64,000 nt of DNA, taken from positions 205,931 to 269,930 of the forward strand of contig MU057981.1 of assembly GCA_013265495.1 (NCBI GenBank), in the 5' to 3' direction. This DNA is from Vicugna vicugna (taxonomy: Eukaryota). The notes under the pieces were generated by a model that did no database searches, was not told the origin of the DNA, and was given only the letters and a program-made list of their open reading frames with translations. Shown here piece by piece: positions 1 to 9,052 of the stretch. Position 1 is the stretch's first letter. Every line of letters starts with the position of its first letter. Both the position numbers and the translations under genes were made by a program.

Positions 1-2009
1 TTCGTTCCTCTGCATTATCTAGTCGGCTTTGCACAGCTATTAGATCATTCCTCATCTCTGTCAATGAGATTACCCATTCTACTTGGCTCTTCTTTATAGC
101 TTCAATTTCATTTTTGACATATTTTATATCTCTAAACACTATCTCTTTTAATTCCTTCAGCAATTTGATCACTCCTTTTTTNNNNNNNNNNNNNNNNNNN
201 NNNNNNNNNNNNNNNNNNNNNNNNNNNNNNNNNNNNNNNNNNNNNNNNNNNNNNNNNNNNNNNNNNNNNNNNNNNNNNNNNNNNNNNNNNNNNNNNNNNN
301 NNNNNNNNNNNNNNNNNNNNNNNNNNNNNNNNNNNNNNNNNNNNCTAATGCCTCTTTAGGAATAGAAATTTGAAAAATAAATAAGAGAGAGAGAGAGAAA
401 GGTTTTTAAAAGGGAGAAAGATGGTTTGAAAACAGTGTATAATTAATAATAGAAGAGTGAGTTGAAGCAGAGTATTAATCGGTTTGAGACGTCCTTTTAA
501 AACCTTTAAAAAAAAAAGGGGGAGGGGAAATGAAAAGATGTATTTGAAACCAGANNNNNNNNNNNNNNNNNNNNNNNNNNNNNNNNNNNNNNNNNNNNNN
601 NNNNNNNNNNNNNNNNNNNNNNNNNNNNNNNNNNNNNNNNNNNNNNNNNNNNNNNNNNNNNNNNNNNNNNNNNNNNNNNNNNNNNNNNNNNNNNNNNNNN
701 NNNNNNNNNNNNNNNNNNNNNNNNNNNNNNNNNNNNNNNNNNNNNNNNNNNNNNNNNNNNNNNNNNNNNNNNNNNNNNNNNNNNNNNNNNNNNNNNNNNN
801 NNNNNNNNNNNNNNNNNNNNNNNNNNNNNNNNNNNNNNNNNNNNNNNNNNNNNNNNNNNNNNNNNNNNNNNNNNNNNNNNNNNNNNNNNNNNNNNNNNNN
901 NNNNNNNNNNNNNNNNNNNNNNNNNNNNNNNNNNNNNNNNNNNNNNNNNNNNNNNNNNNNNNNNNNNNNNNNNNNNNNNNNNNNNNNNNNNNNGCGGTTC
1001 GTGCCCCCTCCCAGCACCTCGGTCAGGGGCTGTGTTCCTGCCCGACAGGCGGGGGGCTGCTCTCCCTCTGCCTGCGCCGCCAGTAGCTCCGCTGCTCTGT
1101 GCGGCTGCGCGCTCCGCCCTGGTCGGCTCTCCGCGGGTGGGCTCGGGGAAGACCGAAGGTCCGCCTCGTCCCCGCTCCGAGCCAAGCCCCAGCTCCTTGT
1201 CTGTCCTTGTGGAGCAAGTTCTCTGAGGGACCAGGATGGAATGATCCCATCTGCCCCGGGCTGCAGACCCGTCCCAGTCCGGCCCCTGAGGCTGCCAAGT
1301 CCCTCCGTGCGGATGCAGGTTCCGCCCCCGCCCCCGCCTGGGTGCTAAGCGCCAGAGAATATGGCGGCTGTGCCTGGGCCCCGCCTCTCTTCCCCTGAAA
1401 AGTTTCCACGGGTTTTCAGAGATGGGGGTATGCACCCTTCCCCCGAGAGCACATCAACCTTGCTGTTTTATGGAGGGCCCAGGTTGTTCTGTCCTGTACA
1501 CCCACAGCCACGGCGCGCAGCCCCTTGCTGTCCCCCGGGGCTGCCTCCGTGCAGCCGCCCCCGTCCTCCGCCCAGCTTGTGTAGTCTGGCCCTGGCAGCC
1601 GCTGCCGCCCCGTGTCTCAGGCTGGGTGTCGGGGGGATGCTCTGTGCCCGTTTAACTTAGTTCTGTCAGTCTAGGGCTGCTCTGTACAGCTCCGAGCCTC
1701 GGAGGCTCCCCCTCCGTCCCGCTGGCCTCTCAGTTGGAGTGGGGAGACCCAGCGAGCGAGCGCCAGTCCTCCTTTGCCGCTCCCTCCCCGTGGGACCCGT
1801 TCCGCACTGCTTTGCCTTTTGTTCTTTCTTTTTTCCTTTTCTCCTACCAGATTTTTGGTGTCTTTATCTTTTGAAGAGGGCGATGTTCTGTCGGAGTTCC
1901 GCAGGTGCTCTGGTTGTCTGAGTGTGTCTGTAGATGTGGGTCTTGGTGTATTTGTGGGAGAGGTGGACTTACAAGCGTCCTTCTACTCCGCCATCTTGCC
2001 TCTTCCCCC
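1..2009 (-). mobile_element. 5' portion of a young LINE-1: CpG-rich 5'UTR and start of ORF1, interrupted by N gaps
   Basis: Minus strand starts GGGGGAAGAGGCAAGATGGCGGAG at 2009, a typical L1 5' end with a YY1 motif. 994-2009 is CpG-rich. The minus strand of 1-180 reads open as KGVIKLLKELKEIVFRDIKYVKNEIEAIKKSQVEWVISLTEMRNDLIAVQSRLDNAEER, resembling the ORF1p coiled coil. Confidence 0.85.
1988..1998 (-). promoter_or_regulatory. YY1 site of the L1 internal promoter
   Basis: ccgccatcttg (CAAGATGGCGG on the minus strand), 11 bp inside the L1 5' end. Confidence 0.8.
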
Positions 2010-2649
2010 AGTGTAATTATTTTGAGAGTCATCTGTGTTGCTGTATCAATAGTTTATTTTTCTTATAGCAGAGTATTGTTTAGTGCTGAGTTTTTACTGA
2101 ATAGTTTATTGCGAGCAGTGTTTGGATAGACCATCATTTGTTTCTCCATTTACTTGTTGATGGATGCCTGGATTATTTACAACTTTGGCTATTATAAAAA
2201 ATTTGCAATCAATATTTGGTTACAAGTCTTTGTATGGACATATGCTTTTATTTTCTAAAGAACTCAGATGAGGAATGTCTGGGTCATATGGTAGATAGGT
2301 GTTTACTTTTTTAAAGAAACTGCTAAACATTTTTCCAAAATGTATTATTATAAATTCCTCGTGTTGTATATGACTTCTAGTTCCTCTACTTCCTTGCCAG
2401 CACTTTGTGAGGTCGGCCTTTATAATCGTATTCATTCTAATATGTATTTGTACTAGTATCTCACTGTGGTTTTTAAAAGCATTTCTCTAAAAACTAATGG
2501 CATCTTTAATCTGCATCTTTTCAAATGCTTATTATTCATCTGGATATCTTTAGTGAAGTGTGTTTTCTGGCCTCACTCATTCATTCAGGTGTTTGCTTTA
2601 TTACTGAGTCTTGACAGTTAATTATTCTGGATCAGATACAAAGAGAGAC
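2010..2649 (-). mobile_element. Old L1M-type 3' fragment, left part (host of the ERV-A insertion)
   Basis: Degenerate L1 3'-region motifs (gttgatggatgcctggattatttacaactttggctatt, gggtcatatggtag, ttctggat). Continues after ERV-A at 9053. Confidence 0.7.
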
Positions 2650-3078
2650 TGTGAAGGAAAAGCCAGGCTGGTCTAACAAGATAACTCACAAATCTAAGTA
2701 TTGGAATACTGATCTGAGTTCTGCTAGACTAACTTGTAAATCTAAGTCAATTAGTGTTGGTTTGCTGATTCCCTGTTCATGCTTTTTCTTTTTTTGCTAG
2801 CCAGCTAGATTTTCAAAGAGATGTATCTGGCTTTGGAATGTTGGTTTGCTGCTTCCCTGCCTCCACTTTTGTGATGATGCTGCTGCTAAAGCTGTTCCAT
2901 GCTTATTAGTCGAATACCCCAAGCTTGTACTTTACCCTATAAAACCTCATGTGCACGTCTTGGAGGTGCTCAGAGCTTCTGAGCAGAAGCCCCTCTGAGC
3001 CCGCTGGCATAATATATCTGAGTACTCCAACCCTCTGACTGGTGCTTATTTCTTGGCTGGCCTGACATTTCTGTAACA
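2650..3078 (+). mobile_element. ERV-A 5' LTR (429 bp)
   Basis: TGTGAAGG...CTGTAACA. TATAAAA at 2938-2944. Followed by tttc and the PBS. Homologous to 8588-9052 and 44956-45368. Confidence 0.95.
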
Positions 3079-3082
3079 TTTC

Positions 3083-3100
3083 TGGAGGCCCCAGCGAGAT
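3083..3100 (+). other. Primer binding site complementary to tRNA-Thr
   Basis: TGGAGGCCCCAGCGAGAT is the reverse complement of the 3' end of mammalian tRNA-Thr(TGT) as I recall it (...ATCTCGCTGGGGCCTCCA). Confidence 0.85.
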
Positions 3101-3326
3101 ACAACCACGCCGGCCCCTTGAGCCGCTGGATTGGTGGCTCTCGACAACCGGGGGACAGGACTCCAGCAGCGAACGAGGTGGCGCTGCCCGACGGTATTCC
3201 GGGTTCTCCTTCGTGATGGCAACTCGGCCCCCCGGGTGGCTGGCATACAACCAGAGCCAGATTCTGTGGAGGGACGGACAGACTCACCAGGTGGCCGTCA
3301 GGACAAGGTAGGATCCCCCGGGAGGA

Positions 3327-3471
3327 ATCAGGTCCTGTCCCATTGGACAGAAGAGGAGGCGGATCCCCTCCTACAGGCTCTCCGTCTGATGGTATTTCAG
3401 ACGGGGAAATCAGGTCAGGGATCAGGTCCTGTCCCAGTGGACAGAAAAGGAGGCGGATCCCCTCCTACAGG
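3327..3471 (+). repeat. Duplicated 51-bp leader unit with two hairpins (packaging-signal-like)
   Basis: atcaggtcctgtcccattggacagaagaggaggcggatcccctcctacagg at 3327-3377 and a near-identical copy at 3421-3471. Stems ctgtcc/ggacag and aggagg/cctcct. Confidence 0.75.
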
Positions 3472-4339
3472 AAACAGGATATAGTATTGGTGGCTGTTGT
3501 TAACCTCTGTGTGTGTGTGTGTGAGTGAGTGAGCGGCCTGTGAAGCACGCGATCAGGCTCGAGTTTGTAGCTCCACATTCTGCTACGGAGTTCGAGTGAG
3601 TCCCAACCTGCGGTTCTGTGATGACCTCATACAGCTCAGGGCGGTGTCGGTCCCTCAGGGTCCCGATCAGAGTCAGCAGCTTATAATGACCCCCCAAAGC
3701 TAAGAGGCAACTTCGTCCCCGCGAGGGGAGCGGCCAGGCGGACGCAACGAAAACCCTCCCTTGTCTTGTCTGCGACACCGGCACAGGGTGGCTACACTGG
3801 GAGGGAAAAGGACATAGACAGCCAATGAGTCAATTCCCCTTTGCCTTCGGAGGCTAGGATGTTATTTCTTTGAGAAAATCTCCCACCTGACTCTGTCACA
3901 GAACACCCAAGACTTACTGTTCCCCTACTGAACTGACCCAAGTAGTGCCCATTTTGCCTAGCCTCAGACCCCCAGGACTCAAGTTTAGAAGATGAATTCC
4001 TTCAGAACCGGGCTCACCCAGCCTCAGAGGTCCCTTTTCTAGTCCACTTGTTTTACCATCCGCTGTCAGTCCCATGCCCCTGTTACGTTAGTTCAGGATA
4101 TAGAGAGGATTTAATGAAGAAAGTCCCTGGAAATGCTTGAGGCCTTGAGCTCCAGAGACATCAGCTGTGGAACCCAGACTCCCTGACCAAATTAGCTTTC
4201 AAGTAACTCATAGACCCAGCAAGACAGCAGTCTCTCTGGGAACTCCAGTGTTTTGAAGAATGAAGAAGGAAAAGATATAAAGACTACCTTCCCAAACATC
4301 TAAAACAACAGATCTATTATACTTAAACATCTAAAAAGA

Positions 4340-6309
4340 ATGGGAGGCTCGAAGTTGAAACCCCCCACTCTAGACTGCATGATTAAGAATTTCAAAAAGG
4401 GATTCTCAGGAGACTATGGAATTTGAATGACCCCTGGCAGGCTCCGCACTTTGTGTGCTTGAATGGCCGGCCTTTGGAGACTGGTGGCCCTCAGGAGGAA
4501 CTGTGGACCTAGCAAAAGTGCGAGTAGTCTATCGAATAATCAGTGGAACCCCAGACCACCCAGATCAATTCCCTTACATTGACTCCTGGCTGAATATCAT
4601 CCAGAATTTACCCCCATAGATTAGGTTCTGCTCAAATGGACTTGGGCAACGCAATATATTAGCAGCTCAGCCGGTCCAGACCAAAAAGACACACAGAGAA
4701 AAACCTATTTTCCAGGGAGATGCAGAGGACAAATGTACCTGCCCCCTTGTATGTCCCTGGGGCACCAACACCTCCCCAACCTTAGGACCCAGATGCAGAG
4801 CCCAGCCCCCAGCCTGAGCCGATAGGAAGGAGACTTCGCTCAGCACAAGCCGGGAGGCCAGCACCACTGGCCGTCCAAATGTCTCTGCAGGAGACACAAG
4901 GGCCACAACAAGTTGGGGAAAATGGGACTGTTCAGCCCGGGCACCCCGTACTCTGCTACCAACCCTTTTGTACTATAGCCCTTCTCAATTGGCGCCATCA
5001 TACTCCTTCCTACTCTGAAAAACTGCAGGCATTTCAATCACATTATGGTCTAAACAAAATTAAGAAGAAGAGCTTCCACAATAATAGCAGATAAAGAGCC
5101 ACTGGTAAACCAGTCAGGATTTTTGGCCTGCCCTCCAAAGAAAAGGAGTGAAAAGTGTCGGAGTGGGCCACGGAAGACATCAAGGGGAGCCACGCCAAGT
5201 GGCAGAGGATGGAGCAGCGACCACAGCTGCCCGGCAACAGCAGCAGCAGCAGCCCCTGCAGCCCTGGCACCACCTCCACCTCTGCCGCCGCCTCCTCCAT
5301 GGCAACTATCGGGGAGCGCCGGCCCATGCCCCATCCCGAAGCGTTGCTGGGATAGTAATAGAGCTCTGTCACAAAGGTGAATATTTGGTCTCTGTCCAGC
5401 CCACGACGATTTCTACTTTGTGGTATGTGATGACTGTAATCAGACTGTCAAGTCGCAGGCTATGATTTACCTCATAGAGTCTATATTCTATTCTCACCAG
5501 CCCACCTGGAAAGATGTCCGCCAGCTGCTTCTGACTCTTTTCAATACGGAGGAGAGGAGAAGCATTCTCACTGAAGAACGAAAATAGCTGCAGGGCCAAG
5601 CCCCTGAGGACACAATGGATGTTGAGGGATGGGCCATGACACATGCCCCCGACACCAGACCAGATTGGGACATTAACACCTAAAAAGGAAGAGAAGCACT
5701 GCGTAAGTACCGGGAGGCCAACCTACAAGGGCTAAGAGCGGGAGCCAAGAAGCCAACTAACATGTCTAAAACGACAACGGTGACCCAAAGACCAGACGAA
5801 ACCCCCATTGACTTCTATGAGACACTGTCTGAAGCATTCCGAGTCTACACTCCTTTTGATCCTGAGGCCCAAGACAACCAGCGGATGGCCAACTCTGCCT
5901 TCGTAGCCCAATCATACCCAGATATACGCCAGAAACTCCTAAAACTGGATGGATTCGCAGGGATGAACGCTACACTGCTGCTGGAAGCAACAAACAAATT
6001 TTTGTAAACCAAGAACGGGAAGCCCAACTGGAGGCAGCCCAGCGGATGAAGCAGAAAGCCTCACTCCTTGCAGCAGCGCTGGGGAAAACAAGCTTCAACC
6101 AGAATCCTGCACCACCCCGGAAGAGGGGACCCGAACCATGGATGCCACTGAGCCGAGACCAGTGTGCATGCTGCTGGGAGACTGAACACTGGAAGAACGA
6201 GTGCCCAAACAGGAAGGATGGAAAGAGAGCACCTCTCAAAAGGCCTACTTAGCAGCTGGAGCCACCAGCCAGTAATCACATCGGACAGCCTGGGGTCGAC
6301 TCAGAACAG
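4340..6309 (+). pseudogene. gag: ERV-A gag, disrupted by stops, frameshifts and the ATXN7 insert
   Basis: MGGSKLKPPTLDCMIKNFKKGFSGDYG (HERV-E-like matrix), HPDQFPYIDSW, MHR-like QRPDETPIDFYETLSEAFRVYTPFDP, zinc knuckle CACCWETEHWKNEC. Confidence 0.93.
5031..5460 (+). pseudogene. ATXN7: Circularly permuted, spliced ATXN7 retro-fragment (putative circRNA-derived) inserted in gag
   Basis: Order: FQSHY (5031-5047), then a 5'UTR-like segment (5048-5154), then decayed start GTG 5155 and (M)[89 protein letters not shown]. Matches the ataxin-7 N-terminus ([77 protein letters not shown]). Absent from ERV-B. Confidence 0.92.
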
Positions 6310-6545
6310 GAGAGACCAGGCTTCCTGCCCCTGGGCCCCCGGGAGCCCAAGGTCAAGATGTTTATAGGGGGCCAACGAATGACTATTATGGTAGACACAG
6401 GAGCAGAGTATTCTTTGGTGACCCAACCTGTAGCCCCCCTGACAAAGAAAAAGGCGACTATTACAGGGGCTACTGGGGACTCAACTGCCCGCCATTTCTG
6501 CCAACCACAGTCCTGTCAAATAGTGGACCATCTAGTGACACATGC
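6310..6545 (+). pseudogene. pro: ERV-A protease, fused by deletion to the RNase H C-terminus
   Basis: MVDTGAEYS active site and ITGATG flap. Runs directly into AVIYSKGHQK..GNRLAD (end of RNase H). Confidence 0.9.
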
Positions 6546-7920
6546 TGTTATTTACTCTAAGGGACACCAAAAAGAAAATGACCCTGTTATCCAGGGGAAC
6601 AGGCTGGCTGATAAAAAGCAAGAGAGGCAGCGGCCTGGGAACACTCAGTAATTAAAATTATGACAGCGCCAGAGCTACCCACTGCCCCAGAATATAGTCA
6701 CGAATGAAAGCAAGTGGGCACAGGCCAAATAAGGAAAGAAAGGAAAGGACAGATGGTGGATCATGACGGATGGAAGGGTTTTCATCCTGGAACGACTAAC
6801 TGTCGTCTAGTCCAACAACACGAAGCCACACATATGGGGAAAACGGCTTTGGAGGCCCTCTTAAAGTGATATTTCCTAATTTCTCATCTCCCTACTCTGT
6901 GCGCATCAGTCTCCCAACACTGCTTGCTCTGTGCACAAAACAATCCAAAACAACCCAAAACAAGGGCTCACTGGGCCAATGGGAATACAATGATGTGGAT
7001 TGGCTCCCTTTGAAGATTTAGAAGTGGATTTTACTGAACCGAGGCCCAGTAAGGGATATAAGTACCTGCTGGTTTTCGTCTGCACCTTCACAGGGTGGGT
7101 AGAGACCCAGCCCACCAGCACAGAGAAAGCAAGGGAAATGACAAAGGCTCTCAGGGATGTTATCCCTCAATTTGGAATGCCTACCTCCATCGGGTCTGAC
7201 AATGGACCCGCCTTCATGGCAGAAATTGTACAGCAAGTGGCAAAGTCACTGAGCATTCGCTGGAACCTGCACACAGCATACCGGCCTCAAAGCTCAGGGA
7301 AGGTAGAACGAATGAGCAGAACTCTAAAACAAATGATAGCTAAAATCAGCCAAGAAACCCAGCTCCCCTGGGTGGACATTCTACCCCTGGCTCTGTTGTG
7401 GATTAGATGCACCCCAAGATTTAATATTGGGTATTTTCCCTTTGAAATCCTCTATGGGCGACCGCTACCTTTAGTCAGGTTGGGAAATACCACCCCAGAA
7501 ATAGGAAATTTAGGGCTCCACCAACAACTGTGGGGACTAGGACAAGTACTATGAGAAGTTTAGGATTGGGTGATAGAGAGAACCCCCATTTCATCAGGGG
7601 TCCAAGTGCATCCCCATAAACGAGGTGACCAAGTATGGGTGAAGGATTGGAAAAAGGAACCTCTCAAACCAACATGGAAGGGACCATATTTAGTGGTATT
7701 AACTACCCCTACAGCTATTAAAGTTGCAGGAATCATCCCTTGGATCCACCACTCCAGGGTTAAGAGAGTGACTTCATCTCATACAGAGGGTCTTTGAAAA
7801 ATTGAGAGTGTCCTGGGAGACCTGCTAAAGATCAAGATCAAGAAGGACCAGAAAAGGATCAACAAGCCCTGCTCTAGCCACACCCGGAAGCTGTCTTGTC
7901 AACTCACGGCCAAAGCTTGA
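6546..7920 (+). pseudogene. pol: ERV-A RNase H tail and integrase, disrupted
   Basis: EVDFTE, SDNGPAF and KVERM (DDE triad) in ORF 7000-7554. WKGPYLVVLTTPTAIKVAGIIPWIHHSRVK (GPY/F domain) in ORF 7570-7797. Confidence 0.93.
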
Positions 7921-8046
7921 GGAAAGCTCAACGAAGCTGTTAAATGTATTTCTTTTGTGCTCCCTTGCCTCTTTCCTTGTTTGCTATACCAGTCTGCGTA
8001 CTGGCAGTGGGGCTAGCTAGGCCGCCCCACCTGACTGGAACATAGG

Positions 8047-8560
8047 GACAGGAATTGGTGGTACAGCCTCTTCTTCTTATTACTATTATCAGCTTACAGG
8101 TGATTTCAGCCACGATCTCCAACAAATAGCAGAAACCCTGGGAAGTCTGCAAAATCAAATTGACTCTCTGGCCAAGGTGGTCTCACAAAACAGGAGGGGT
8201 CTGGATCTACTCACGGCCAAAGAGGGGGGACTATGCCTCTTCCTAAATGAAGAGTGATGTTTTTATGCCAATCAATCAGGAATTGTCAGAGGGGTGGTTC
8301 AAGAGTTACAAGACCAAGTGGAAAAGAGAAAACATATTTTAGATAAGAACCCATGGACAGGCCCCTGGGGTTGGACCTCCTGACTGGCACCGTTCATAAG
8401 TCCTTTGCTCCTGATTTTTGCAGTTCTGCTACTTGGGCCTTGTGTCCTAAACTTCCTGACCCGCTTTGTCAGTGAGCGGATAGAGGCTATAAAACTTCAG
8501 ATGTTAGCCTCCAATTATGAGCCTCTGCAACAGATAAGTGATGATGCATACTCCAACTAG
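8047..8560 (+). pseudogene. env: ERV-A env TM remnant (SU deleted)
   Basis: [44 protein letters not shown] (immunosuppressive domain and decayed CX6CC), then a membrane anchor. Confidence 0.92.
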
Positions 8561-8587
8561 GGTTGTGAAAGCATCAAGAGAGGGGAA

Positions 8588-9052
8588 TGTGAAGGAAAAG
8601 CCGGGCTGGTCTAACAAGATAACTCACAAGTCTAGGAATGTAAGGGAGAGGCTTGGCTGGGCTAACAAGATAACTCACAAATCTAAGTATCAGAATACTG
8701 ATCTGAGTTCTGCTGGACTAACTCGTAAATCTAAGTTAATTAGTGTTGGTTTGCTGTTCATGATTTTTTGCTAGCTAGCTGGATTTTCAAAGATATATAC
8801 CTGGCTTTGGAATGTTGGTTTGCTGCCTCCCTGCCTCCACTTTTGTGATAATGATGCTGCTAAAGCTGTTCCATGCCAATTGGCTGAATACCCCAATCTT
8901 GTACTTTACCCTATAAAACCTCATGCGCATGTCTTGGAGGTGCTCAGAGCTTTGGAGCAGAAGCCCCTCTGAGCCCTCCAGTGTAATACATCTGAGTACT
9001 CCAACCCTCCGAGTGGTGCTTGTTTCTTGGCTGGCCTGTCGTTTCCATAACA
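8588..9052 (+). mobile_element. ERV-A 3' LTR (465 bp, two ~51-bp U3 repeat units)
   Basis: Follows the PPT. TGTGAAGG...CCATAACA. Confidence 0.95.

Larger units (their letters stand above)
2650..9052 (+). mobile_element. ERV-A: defective class I (gamma-like) endogenous provirus, LTR-PBS-gag-pro-(RT deleted)-IN-TM-PPT-LTR
   Basis: Paired TG...CA LTRs, PBS, PPT (aagagaggggaa, 8576-8587), and recognisable gag, protease, integrase and TM motifs. Confidence 0.97.

Noticed and set aside
475..2016. Several GC-rich ORFs and an apparent gene CpG island
   Set aside because: Explained by the L1 5'UTR and by ORFs running through N gaps.
3826..4140. Possible pre-gag ORF in the 1.2-kb ERV leader
   Set aside because: A ~55-codon open stretch exists in both copies, but shared upstream stops leave no usable start and I recognise no homology. 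It needs a family consensus to judge.
5031..5460. Ordinary L1-mediated processed ATXN7 pseudogene
   Set aside because: No polyA tail, the exon order is permuted, and the flanking repeat is native to both ATXN7 and gag rather than an L1-type AT-rich TSD.
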